IMG/VR virus record: IMGVR_UViG_3300027826_000001
Length of the DNA stretch: 64,000 nucleotides
Strand: one strand, 5' to 3'
Origin: a virus
Position 1 is the stretch's first letter. Each line of letters opens with the position of its first letter. Below, piece after piece: positions 48,385-56,404 of the stretch. A program made the position numbers and the translations under genes. The notes beneath the pieces are model-generated. The model was not told where the DNA came from. It made no database searches and worked only from the letters and a program-made list of their open reading frames with translations.

Positions 48385-48789
48385 ATGTATAAGACTTATC
48401 TCGACCGTATTGAAGCAGAAACTAAAAGAGCCGTAGCACTTCATGGTGAATTTAGTAGTTTGCATGAGGCTTATGCCGTAATGCTTGAAGAGTTGGATGA
48501 AATTTGGGAGATTGTACGGGAAAAACGCGAGAATAGATCATCGGTAGAATTAGAAACAGAATTTATCCAACTTGCGGCTATGTGTTATAAGGCGTTACAT
48601 TCGTTAAATAAATTTGTAGGACCCCTGGAACCCAGAATGACAGATACTAAAATTATTCAAGTTATTTCTCACGAGGGGTTGCTTTTTGCTCTGGACGATA
48701 GTGGTAATTTTTACAAAAAAGCATATGATACTAATGGTAGTGAATATTGGGAAATATATATTGGATTTGAAGACAAAGACCCTGTATGA
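48385..48789 (+). CDS. MazG-like nucleotide pyrophosphohydrolase-domain protein
   Basis: HGEFSSLHEAYAVMLEELDEIWEIV is a typical all-alpha NTP-PPase helix pair. Confidence 0.55.
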   Translation: MYKTYLDRIEAETKRAVALHGEFSSLHEAYAVMLEELDEIWEIVREKRENRSSVELETEFIQLAAMCYKALHSLNKFVGPLEPRMTDTKIIQVISHEGLLFALDDSGNFYKKAYDTNGSEYWEIYIGFEDKDPV

Positions 48790-49079
48790 AACTTCCTAAG
48801 TACTTACGTCGTGCGTTAGAGCAGGAGACCCGTAAGGACATATTCCAAAGGGCGGTAGACCAAGGTTTCGAAGCCTGGGAAGACGGGGAACAGATTGAAA
48901 TGTTGGATGGTACGGTATATGAAGTTCAAAAAGATGGTTCTTGGCGTAATGTTACTCTTACTACCGGCCCTTCCAACAAACGAACAAGAAACGTACTTGA
49001 CCGTCGAATTAGAACTCATACAACACCTTCAGACCCATTTTTTGAAGGCCATAGGATGTTACCGGATAGGCGTAGATAG
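48786..49079 (+). CDS. hypothetical protein (97 aa); C-terminal third doubtful
   Basis: ORF track. The first ~60 aa are protein-like, and the tail is R/T/P-rich. Confidence 0.5.
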   Translation: MKLPKYLRRALEQETRKDIFQRAVDQGFEAWEDGEQIEMLDGTVYEVQKDGSWRNVTLTTGPSNKRTRNVLDRRIRTHTTPSDPFFEGHRMLPDRRR

Positions 49080-49200
49080 TGACGTTGTTACGCGGGAACT
49101 GACTAAAGATGACTGCGGGAAGCCAAAAGAGCAGGATTATAGAGAATGGATGAAGGCACAGGAAGCAGCGAAGAAACTGTTCCAATTACGGGAGAAGTAG
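48919..49200 (+). CDS. overlapping-frame ORF with signal-peptide-like N-terminus (93 aa)
   Basis: MKFKKMVLGVMLLLLPALP..., then a plausible ...DVVTRELTKDDCGKPKEQDYREWMKAQEAAKKLFQLREK. In frame with ORF-track 48895. Confidence 0.4.
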   Translation: MKFKKMVLGVMLLLLPALPTNEQETYLTVELELIQHLQTHFLKAIGCYRIGVDSDVVTRELTKDDCGKPKEQDYREWMKAQEAAKKLFQLREK

Positions 49201-49322
49201 TTTGTCCTGATTGTAACGGAATGGGAGATATTTACAATTACGCGGACAAAGTATGGGAAACGTGTGTTTGTTGTGCAGGTACAGGATTCCTATTTGAAGA
49301 AGGTTATGGATGGGGCGTATAG
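49146..49322 (+). CDS. 58-aa DnaJ-type zinc-finger microprotein
   Basis: Two CxxCxGxG repeats, CPDCNGMG and CVCCAGTG. Ends 6 nt before the polymerase start. Confidence 0.5.
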   Translation: MDEGTGSSEETVPITGEVVCPDCNGMGDIYNYADKVWETCVCCAGTGFLFEEGYGWGV

Positions 49323-49328
49323 GTACTC

Positions 49329-51389
49329 GTGTCTCGTAAGTCACAAATAGTACTACCCGGTAATGACTCAGTACAAACGGGCTTATTTACTTCGAGTACT
49401 AAGGAAAAGTATTACCCTAAAGTCTATCGAGATGAGGGTAATTATTGGCGTATTGTAGAACAGGGTATTAAGGAAGGTTATCTTGGACTTGATTTTGAAT
49501 TTCCAGAAACATATCGCGCTTCCGTTGTTGGAGTGGCTAGCAAAGGCCAGTGCTGTGCTATCCCGGCAACTACAAATATTACATCTAAAACAATCCTACC
49601 TTGTCTGGAAAAAGGAATCAAACTTGTTGGCCACAGTGTCATCGGAGCAGAACAAAAAGTAATTAAAGTCACATGCGGGATTGACACCCCCTTATCCCTA
49701 TACGATGACTCCATGCTACGGCACTATCTCCTAAATGCGGACTTAGCAAAAGCACCCGACAAGACAGAAGCCGATGATGCAGGGGCATTGGGCTTTATGG
49801 GTCTGTGGACAGCAGCTAGTATGGTTCTGTTATGGCCTAACTGGAAACAGTGCCAAGGAATGGACTGTGAACAAACCATCTGTCCCACTCATGACGTATT
49901 AGGCTATTGCGCTGTGGATGCAGCCGCCTCTCTTGAAGCTAACTACTTGCAAATAAAGGACTTACAAAAGTGGAAAGTACCGGATAAACTTTATCAGGAA
50001 CTTAAAGAACTAACCTATATCGCCCAATGTATGCAGGAGCAGGGGGTACGGGTTAATATGCAGTTCGTTAAGGAAATGGAGAAGAAGGCCGGGGAGTACA
50101 AGTCTTCACTTTTTGACGAAAGTAAAGAATTTAATCCCCGTGCTCCGTCTCAGGTTGTCGAGTGGTTTAAGAAAAACGGTATTCAGTTAGCCGGTAATGA
50201 TAAAGTATCTATTCGCCGTTCCCTGGAGAAGACTGCGGAGAAGTACGGATACTCGACCCATGACGAAACAGGTAAGTTTAGTCTGGAAGCCTTGGAACTA
50301 TCTGCTACCCTTCCTAAAGAACTTGACGCCCTATACCGTCTATATGAATACAAAAGTGCAGGAAAAGGTTTGGACCCTTGGTTTGGTGACAAATATATTA
50401 AGAATGACTGCTATATTCACCCGCGTTTTATTACTATCGGTGCTAGTACTAGTCGTTGGAGCAGCAGCCGTCCAAACTTTACCAATATACCTGCTAGGGG
50501 GTTTGGTTCGCTGGTTAAGGCCGCAATAGTTCCGCGTGATCCTTCCTTAGACCTTATCCATGCAGATAGTAGTAATTTGGAACTTAGAGTCTGCATATAC
50601 CTTGCCGGTTACGACCCTTCCGAGATATTACCCGGTGACCCCTTTACGTGGCTTGTCGAAAATAGTAATGGAGCTTTTGAAGAGATTGCCCGTATCAATA
50701 ACGACACTCCACGAGGGGTAGCTAAGACCGTATCCCATGCGAGTAATTATCTTGAGGGTATAAAAATTCTATATCCCAGGGACCTGATTAACCCTTTTTA
50801 TAAGAAACAGATAGACGCGGGAGCCTTGTATGTCTATAGAGATTGGGAATATTGTGGTGGGGTGGTGGCATTTACCGGAGCAAACCTTGCCGAGCGTATT
50901 TTTGGTAACAAGACGCTTGAATCACGGAAGCGAGCGCTTGCCATTACGGAAGAGGTATATTTCAAGCGATTGCCTATGCTTAGAAATTGGCATAGGAAAA
51001 TACTCCATGAAATTGAAAATAAAAAATATATCCAGTATCCCACAGGTCACTTCTTAAGACTATACGGTAACCCTACCGATAACGCGAAGATGGGGGCGGC
51101 AGCTTATGGGCAGGGAGTAGGAGCGCATTACGTACAAGGGCAAGTGTTGAGGTTTTACCGGGAGACGGGTAAGATTCCATTAATGTTTGTTCATGATTCC
51201 CTGGATTTTGAGATACCTAGGACCTGGACGCCTGAGGAAGCTAAAGATTTCATTAAACTTATGGGCGAAGAAAATGACAGGTTGCCGGGTTTCAAATGCC
51301 CATATAAAGCGGCTAGGGGACAGTGCGGGTTGGAGTTTGACGAGAAGAAAAAAGAAACCCATATCCCAGGAGCAATGATAAAGATATAG
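49329..51389 (+). CDS. family-A DNA polymerase with 3'-5' exonuclease domain
   Basis: Exo I GLDFEF. Motif A IHADSSNLELRV, motif B PRGVAKTVSHASNYL, motif C FVHDSLDFE. GTG start. Confidence 0.9.
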   Translation: MSRKSQIVLPGNDSVQTGLFTSSTKEKYYPKVYRDEGNYWRIVEQGIKEGYLGLDFEFPETYRASVVGVASKGQCCAIPATTNITSKTILPCLEKGIKLVGHSVIGAEQKVIKVTCGIDTPLSLYDDSMLRHYLLNADLAKAPDKTEADDAGALGFMGLWTAASMVLLWPNWKQCQGMDCEQTICPTHDVLGYCAVDAAASLEANYLQIKDLQKWKVPDKLYQELKELTYIAQCMQEQGVRVNMQFVKEMEKKAGEYKSSLFDESKEFNPRAPSQVVEWFKKNGIQLAGNDKVSIRRSLEKTAEKYGYSTHDETGKFSLEALELSATLPKELDALYRLYEYKSAGKGLDPWFGDKYIKNDCYIHPRFITIGASTSRWSSSRPNFTNIPARGFGSLVKAAIVPRDPSLDLIHADSSNLELRVCIYLAGYDPSEILPGDPFTWLVENSNGAFEEIARINNDTPRGVAKTVSHASNYLEGIKILYPRDLINPFYKKQIDAGALYVYRDWEYCGGVVAFTGANLAERIFGNKTLESRKRALAITEEVYFKRLPMLRNWHRKILHEIENKKYIQYPTGHFLRLYGNPTDNAKMGAAAYGQGVGAHYVQGQVLRFYRETGKIPLMFVHDSLDFEIPRTWTPEEAKDFIKLMGEENDRLPGFKCPYKAARGQCGLEFDEKKKETHIPGAMIKI

Positions 51390-51391
51390 GC

Positions 51392-51420
51392 TTGACAAAT
51401 ACTGTAATTCGTGTTATACT
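51392..51420 (+). promoter_or_regulatory. consensus promoter
   Basis: TTGACA 51392-97, 17-nt spacer, TGt-TATACT 51412-20. Confidence 0.7.
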
Positions 51421-51440
51421 CTTTAATATTACACTTTAAA

Positions 51441-51464
51441 TAACCCCTCCCGGATAACCCCTCC
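51441..51464 (+). promoter_or_regulatory. duplicated TAACCCCTCC element in an ~80-nt 5' leader
   Basis: Copies at 51441-50 and 51455-64 are identical. Each carries a CCUCC anti-SD-like core. Confidence 0.5.
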
Positions 51465-51508
51465 TCAAGGTAGCTAGGCTACACAAGTAAAAATAAAAGG
51501 TACTTTTT

Positions 51509-51886
51509 ATGGCTGATGCCACTATATACGATGACAAGGCGTTAATTCCTTTCCTAGCAGACCAGATAGCCAGTCAGGACGCTTTACTTACTTTCGTGGT
51601 TGAGTGTATCCGAACGTCCGAAACTTACGACATATTTAGGACAAAAGTTATTGATAACTTATCCGAAGTAAAGATCGTTACATCTATCAACTTGGACGAG
51701 TGGATTAAAGGACAAAAAGAAGGCTACATTGCGTCTGTGAAGTATGACGGAAATATCGACTACTTACGTCAAGACGACGGATTACCTCAGATATTTGCAA
51801 CACCAGAAGACGCATTCAAAGCCAAGGGAGATGCTGAATTGATTCGTATTATCAACTTACGTGAAGAGTATGAAAAAAGAAATTAA
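51509..51886 (+). CDS. hypothetical protein (125 aa)
   Basis: ORF track. Confidence 0.75.
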   Translation: MADATIYDDKALIPFLADQIASQDALLTFVVECIRTSETYDIFRTKVIDNLSEVKIVTSINLDEWIKGQKEGYIASVKYDGNIDYLRQDDGLPQIFATPEDAFKAKGDAELIRIINLREEYEKRN

Positions 51887-52202
51887 TCCAAAAAATAAAA
51901 CATACTCGCAGCAAGAGATTGGAATAGCTCTTAACAATGCCCTAGTAGCTAGTATGGGCGCACAGGGGTTAGTTGGATTAGATGAGCGTAGACGGCGGAA
52001 GATTCGAAGCTACACGGCGGCTATTATTGAAGTCTTATGTGATTACCGGAAAAAAGACGATCTTACCTCGGAAGAGGTTGTCGTGGTCCTTACCGGAGCC
52101 GCCCTATTCGCTCAAGTCCTACTAGTGGCTAAAGGTGGATTAAAGAAGTTGGCCGCATATGAGGATCTTGCAAAACGAGTCATTGAGGATATGGAAAAGT
52201 AA
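51861..52202 (+). CDS. hypothetical protein (113 aa)
   Basis: ORF track. Start is GTG 51861 or ATG 51870. Confidence 0.65.
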   Translation: MKSMKKEINPKNKTYSQQEIGIALNNALVASMGAQGLVGLDERRRRKIRSYTAAIIEVLCDYRKKDDLTSEEVVVVLTGAALFAQVLLVAKGGLKKLAAYEDLAKRVIEDMEK

Positions 52203-52985
52203 ATGAAAAAATTCGTTGCATTATATGACATGCATTTTGGTTGGGAGAGGGGTTTAGTTAAGGGTAAGTGGGTCGAGAAACTGGCGTGTAATATCAAGGC
52301 GATTGGGGTTGTTAAGAAGTTCATTAATGACTTCAAGCCGGATATTCTGATATTGGGTGGAGATCAACTTAATTGCGGTCCTGTGTCTCATTGGCACCAG
52401 GGGAAACCTATCCTATCCGAGAAGTTCCGTTTAAAGGATGAAATGGATCAGTTGAACCAAGTTATCCTTAAACCTTATGACAATATTCCTAAGAAGATTT
52501 GGCTAGATGGAAACCACGAAGCTTGGATTACAGATTTTATCTCAGCTAACCCCGGTATTCAAGGGTTAGTAGAACCTGTTAACTATCTTAACTTAGAGAA
52601 ACGTGGATGGGATATTTATTCCCAGGGTGAAGTAGCCCGAGTAGGAAAGCTTAACTTTGTCCATGGAGATGTGGTTCTACGACAAGCAAGTACCGTCAAT
52701 CCCGCCCGTACCTTACTGGGTGCCTATCACCGTAATATCCGTGCCGGACATATTCACTCTTATAGTGCAGCGGTTCAAAAGACGGCTGTGGATAGTCAGG
52801 ATTGGCATTCAGCTATTGTGGTTCCTAGTCTTAGCGTTATTGAACCTTTCTGGGTTAAGAATAGGCCCGTGAATTTTGTTAATGGCTTCCTATATGGTTA
52901 TGTGTACCCGGATGGTTCCTTTACAGATCAGGTGGTATTGATTAATAAGAATCAGTTTACTTTGGGCGGTAAGAAATATGAGTAA
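52203..52985 (+). CDS. calcineurin-like metallophosphoesterase (Mre11/SbcD-type motifs)
   Basis: LYDMHFG, LGGDQLN, DGNHE, FVHGD, AGHIHS. Confidence 0.75.
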   Translation: MKKFVALYDMHFGWERGLVKGKWVEKLACNIKAIGVVKKFINDFKPDILILGGDQLNCGPVSHWHQGKPILSEKFRLKDEMDQLNQVILKPYDNIPKKIWLDGNHEAWITDFISANPGIQGLVEPVNYLNLEKRGWDIYSQGEVARVGKLNFVHGDVVLRQASTVNPARTLLGAYHRNIRAGHIHSYSAAVQKTAVDSQDWHSAIVVPSLSVIEPFWVKNRPVNFVNGFLYGYVYPDGSFTDQVVLINKNQFTLGGKKYE

Positions 52986-53556
52986 GACAATACTTAAACA
53001 TTCGGTAGGAGTCCATGTAACGGATAGAGGGCCATATATCGTTACTTACACGGGTAAGAAGTTTTTTCCCATGTCCATTCGAGCGGGGGATATTTGTATT
53101 GAAGATATCGCTCATGCCTTAAGTAACCAGTGTCGCTTTGCCGGTCATACAGAATGGTTTTATAGTGTCGCACAGCATAGTATTCTGGTGTCAATGGTTC
53201 TTAGTGGGATGCTTAAGAAGCCGGAATTAGCGCTTAAGGGCCTCCTGCATGACGCTAGCGAAGCCTACTTAGTAGACGTACCTCGACCCATTAAGCGTAT
53301 GGCCGATTTTACCGTATACCGGAGCATTGAAAAGGCTCTTACCGGAGTCATATATTCCAAGTACGGTATTGGTAATACGAGTCAGGAAGATATCGAAGAA
53401 GCGGATAATTTGTTACTTGCCACGGAAGCTAGGGATCTTATGAGTAATCCTCAGTGGGCCAATGAAATGCCTAAGTTACGGATTAAGATTCCCCGTTGGA
53501 CGCCGGAACATGCAGAGAAGATGTATCTAAAGAAATTTAAGGAACTTTATGTCTAA
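52978..53556 (+). CDS. HD-domain phosphohydrolase (YfbR-like 5'-deoxynucleotidase type)
   Basis: SVAQHSILV ... LLHDASEAYLVDVPRPIK. Confidence 0.75.
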   Translation: MSKTILKHSVGVHVTDRGPYIVTYTGKKFFPMSIRAGDICIEDIAHALSNQCRFAGHTEWFYSVAQHSILVSMVLSGMLKKPELALKGLLHDASEAYLVDVPRPIKRMADFTVYRSIEKALTGVIYSKYGIGNTSQEDIEEADNLLLATEARDLMSNPQWANEMPKLRIKIPRWTPEHAEKMYLKKFKELYV

Positions 53557-54040
53557 AACCCTAAGAGAAGTATATTTCGAAACTTTCACCCAGAATTGCC
53601 TGGACAGTGTGGCCCTTACCAAGCGTAAGAATGAAGGGTACACGGCAGGGAGTAATGATCCCTACCAGAATTTTAGATTTGCCGCACAGTTAGCGAGTCT
53701 TCCCGGTAAGGAACCTGTTACCGTGGAGCAGACTATCCTTAGTCGAATGGCAGATAAATTGTCTCGACTTAAAAGCCTTATAGTGCATCCTGAGTTTTCA
53801 ACAAATGATGAAAGTGTCATGGATACTGTAAAGGATCTATTCGTCTATACAAATATCCTTCTTACGTACTTGCAACTTGGACAGCCGGGGCCGGATACTG
53901 AGTATCGAGAAGAGGAAACACAAGAAGCTATAGCTAAATCTACTAATCCTATTTCAGCAGCGGCAAATGCTCTTGCATCTTCTCCATTAGCAAAACTTTT
54001 TAATTGGCCTAGTGCTAAGGTAGCAGCCGGTAGCAAATAG
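53549..54040 (+). CDS. all-alpha MazG/DUF1599-like nucleotide-binding protein
   Basis: NDPYQNFRF...ILSRMADKLSRLKSL...DTVKDLFVYTNILLTYL recalls DUF1599-type domains (from memory, not searched). Confidence 0.45.
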   Translation: MSKTLREVYFETFTQNCLDSVALTKRKNEGYTAGSNDPYQNFRFAAQLASLPGKEPVTVEQTILSRMADKLSRLKSLIVHPEFSTNDESVMDTVKDLFVYTNILLTYLQLGQPGPDTEYREEETQEAIAKSTNPISAAANALASSPLAKLFNWPSAKVAAGSK

Positions 54041-54059
54041 TAGCACTGGAGAGCTTTGA

Positions 54060-54977
54060 GTGGATAAAGTTCTTAAAGCTATAGGTGTAGATGAATTACT
54101 ACGTAAAGAATTTCCAAAAGATTATTCTTGGATTGAACCCGCTGTGCTAACAAAAGGCGGAACATTAGCTTTAGGTGGTCAAGCGAAGGTAGGAAAGTCT
54201 TTCGTGTGTTTGGAACTTTGCAGGGCATTGGCGTGTGGAAAACCCCTATTTGGTAACCCCGACTTCATAGTTCCTTCACAGTGTAAAGTACTTTATATTG
54301 ACGCCGAGATGGGTGAAAGGACGGATCAGGATAGGATAAAGAAGATTTTCGGGATGGAGTTCTTAGAAGAATATAAAGACTATCTATCCATACTGCCGAA
54401 GGAAATTGGCATACAGTTGAATACCAGGGAAGGAATAGAGACGTTAAAGGCTTATATCCGGGGAGAGAAGCCGGATGTACTAGTACTGGACCCTATTACC
54501 TTCCTGTATCACAAAGACGAGAATCAGGCGTACGAGATTAATAAGCTGTTTTTCATACTAGCAGAGTTGAAGAAGTTTGGTGGGCCGGATATGTCGATTA
54601 TATTTACTCACCATTTTGGAAAACCGCCTTGGCAGAAACAGATACTACGGGACTATGACCCCTTAAGTGAGTATAACTTCCGAGGTAGTAGTAAATGGAA
54701 GGATGGGGCCGATACTCTTATTACCATGCAGCGGGAAAAGGAATTATCGGATACTTCTTGGCAAATTAAGATGCGGTTCCTGTCTCGTCATGCGGCTAGT
54801 TATCCAGAGGGATATGCTATTTTTAACGAAGACGGAGACCTAAGGGTTAAGTGGTATCATACATGTCACAAGTTACCCAAGTTGAAGAGGGTTAAGGCGG
54901 AAGGCACAGTAAAGACAGAGAAGCAGGGTATTATACGTTTCTCAGATGTGTTTGCGGAAGCGACAAAGGATGATTAA
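54060..54977 (+). CDS. RepA/DnaB-like RecA-fold ATPase (AAA_25-type; replicative helicase candidate)
   Basis: Walker A GGQAKVGKSF and Walker B DVLVLDPITF. GTG start. Confidence 0.7.
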   Translation: MDKVLKAIGVDELLRKEFPKDYSWIEPAVLTKGGTLALGGQAKVGKSFVCLELCRALACGKPLFGNPDFIVPSQCKVLYIDAEMGERTDQDRIKKIFGMEFLEEYKDYLSILPKEIGIQLNTREGIETLKAYIRGEKPDVLVLDPITFLYHKDENQAYEINKLFFILAELKKFGGPDMSIIFTHHFGKPPWQKQILRDYDPLSEYNFRGSSKWKDGADTLITMQREKELSDTSWQIKMRFLSRHAASYPEGYAIFNEDGDLRVKWYHTCHKLPKLKRVKAEGTVKTEKQGIIRFSDVFAEATKDD

Positions 54978-55157
54978 ATGGGACTTTTTGGAAAACAATA
55001 TTACTTTTGCCCCAATTGTGGTGATTGTTTTTACGATACTAAAGTAACTAGTCAGTACGTTTCCCCTTTACTATGTTCGGATGAATGTCGAAAAGAGTGG
55101 GAAATTAAATATGCTAGGTCGATTCTAGGTAAAGATGGTCTTAAAGATGAAGCTTAA
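54978..55157 (+). CDS. 59-aa zinc-ribbon microprotein
   Basis: CPNCGDC ... CSDEC. The ATG is immediately after the upstream TAA. Confidence 0.5.
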   Translation: MGLFGKQYYFCPNCGDCFYDTKVTSQYVSPLLCSDECRKEWEIKYARSILGKDGLKDEA

Positions 55158-55416
55158 AGATCCCTTTATTATCGGCGTCTTACAGTTTTTAAACTGGGGA
55201 CTATGTACGATTTCCTGTAGAGCCACGTCACAGGCTAATATCATGGCTTGTATCATGACAGATACCCTACTTACGTCGTTTAACTTCTTTCTATACCGTA
55301 AGATTGCTAAAGGGGCCGACGAAGGGGCTTTTATACCGTGGCTGTTTTATACGATAGGGGGATTGTGTGGAACGGTGGTAGGGATACTACTTTCCATTAA
55401 GATACTTGGACGTTAA
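55135..55416 (+). CDS. multi-pass membrane protein (93 aa)
   Basis: ORF track. Three hydrophobic segments. Confidence 0.65.
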   Translation: MVLKMKLKDPFIIGVLQFLNWGLCTISCRATSQANIMACIMTDTLLTSFNFFLYRKIAKGADEGAFIPWLFYTIGGLCGTVVGILLSIKILGR

Positions 55417-55438
55417 CCGCTACTTATCCTCCACCCTA

Positions 55439-55447
55439 TGGTATAAT
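55439..55447 (+). promoter_or_regulatory. extended -10 element TGgTATAAT
   Basis: CCTCCACCCTATGGTATAAT is homologous to CCTCCACCTTATGGTATGCT in the 26 kb promoter. No -35. Confidence 0.4.
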
Positions 55448-55469
55448 ACTAGTAGACCAAGCGATAGAG

Positions 55470-55515
55470 GGAACCAAGCAGCGGAGTAATCCGTGTAGCT
55501 ATGGTTCCTTTTATT
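55470..55515 (+). terminator. terminator at the convergence point of plus and minus blocks
   Basis: GGAACCA (55470-76) pairs with TGGTTCC (55502-08), with an inner GCGGA/TCCGT stem, then TTTTATT. Confidence 0.5.
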
Positions 55516-55557
55516 GTAGCCCGAACTTTAAACGCTAAGTTATTGATTTTAAAGAAG

Positions 55558-55929
55558 TTATTTTTTGAAGAGGGGCAAGGGCGGGAAACTATGACGCCGG
55601 TATTCTTCATATTCTTGTCCGAAAGCTTTAAGCAGTACTTGTTCTTCTTTGCAGGCCCTTACTATCTGTATAGGTATCCCAATGAATAGGATAAAAAGAA
55701 AAAAGTACCACCAGCCAAACATAGCCGCTATCGCTAACCACATAGACATACCGTAAACATACACGGGATGCCTTATATATTTAAAAGGACCGCCCTTAAT
55801 AAAAGCCCTAGGCACTCTAGGTTTCCATAAATTAGCTTCAACAAAACGTAAACACATATACGCTTCTGTCGTTTTCTGTCTACAATGTAAGATAAATAAC
55901 AGTTCTAAGAAATGGACAAGGGAGGGCAT
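55558..55929 (-). CDS. ICMT/PEMT-type membrane methyltransferase-like protein (short, 123 aa)
   Basis: IRHPVYVYGMSMWLAIA ... EEQVLLKAFGQEYEEYRR matches the C-terminal catalytic half of isoprenylcysteine carboxyl / phospholipid methyltransferases. Confidence 0.65.
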   Translation of the reverse strand: MPSLVHFLELLFILHCRQKTTEAYMCLRFVEANLWKPRVPRAFIKGGPFKYIRHPVYVYGMSMWLAIAAMFGWWYFFLFILFIGIPIQIVRACKEEQVLLKAFGQEYEEYRRHSFPPLPLFKK

Positions 55930-56097
55930 TTATTTCCTATAACCTTCGCGTTCCTTATGTCTCCAGTCACGGAAACCGATAAGTTTTACGTATGGACACC
56001 ACGAAGCATGTTTTCCGGTTCCAAAAACGCATAACTCACAACATTTCGAAGGGTCAGGTTCATATTGGCGAGAAACTATCTTAGGTCCATTGTTCAT
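55930..56097 (-). CDS. 55-aa Cys-rich microprotein
   Basis: Below the cutoff. MNNGPKIVSRQYEPDPSKCCELCVFGTGKHASWCPYVKLIGFRDWRHKEREGYRK. Its TAA abuts ATG 55929. Confidence 0.5.
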   Translation of the reverse strand: MNNGPKIVSRQYEPDPSKCCELCVFGTGKHASWCPYVKLIGFRDWRHKEREGYRK

Positions 56098-56320
56098 AGT
56101 AAACGATATCGTTCTTTTTATCGACGTGGGTAAATCGAAACTCTACGGAGTGTACTGCTTCAAATACATCATTCTCTAAATCGTAATTAAAATGAAAGGG
56201 ATACATTTCGGCAAACCTATAAGTCGGAGGCGGAAATAAACCTCTAAACTGTAATCGCTTTTCAAAACCCTTATTGTCTTTGAAAACAAGTACGTAGAGT
56301 TTATCTTTTGTATCGGCCAT
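56081..56320 (-). CDS. hypothetical protein (79 aa)
   Basis: ORF track. Confidence 0.65.
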   Translation of the reverse strand: MADTKDKLYVLVFKDNKGFEKRLQFRGLFPPPTYRFAEMYPFHFNYDLENDVFEAVHSVEFRFTHVDKKNDIVYYEQWT

Positions 56321-56327
56321 AAATGAA

Positions 56328-56372
56328 ACAGAAAGGAAAGCGAAGCCTCGGCTCCCATTCTTTCCCTTCTGT
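56328..56372 (-). terminator. strong hairpin after the 640-aa gene (terminator or attenuator)
   Basis: Minus strand ACAGAAGGGAAAG...CUUUCCUUUCUGU forms 13 bp including one G-U, which would be an A-C mismatch on the + strand. Followed by UUCAUUU. Confidence 0.5.
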
Positions 56373-56404
56373 CCCTAGCGTTCACTAGCTAGTGTAACAT
56401 AGGT

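Noticed and set aside
48385-54040. Z-genome (2-aminoadenine) pathway suggested by the HD and MazG-like genes
   Set aside because: No PurZ/adenylosuccinate-synthetase-like ORF (GDEGKGK-type P-loop, ~350 aa) exists in this window. The HD and MazG-like pair alone is common in phages. This remains only a general nucleotide-pool hypothesis.
55501-55689. 62-aa + ORF
   Set aside because: It starts inside the terminator hairpin and runs antisense to the ICMT-like gene. It is F/L-rich shadow sequence.
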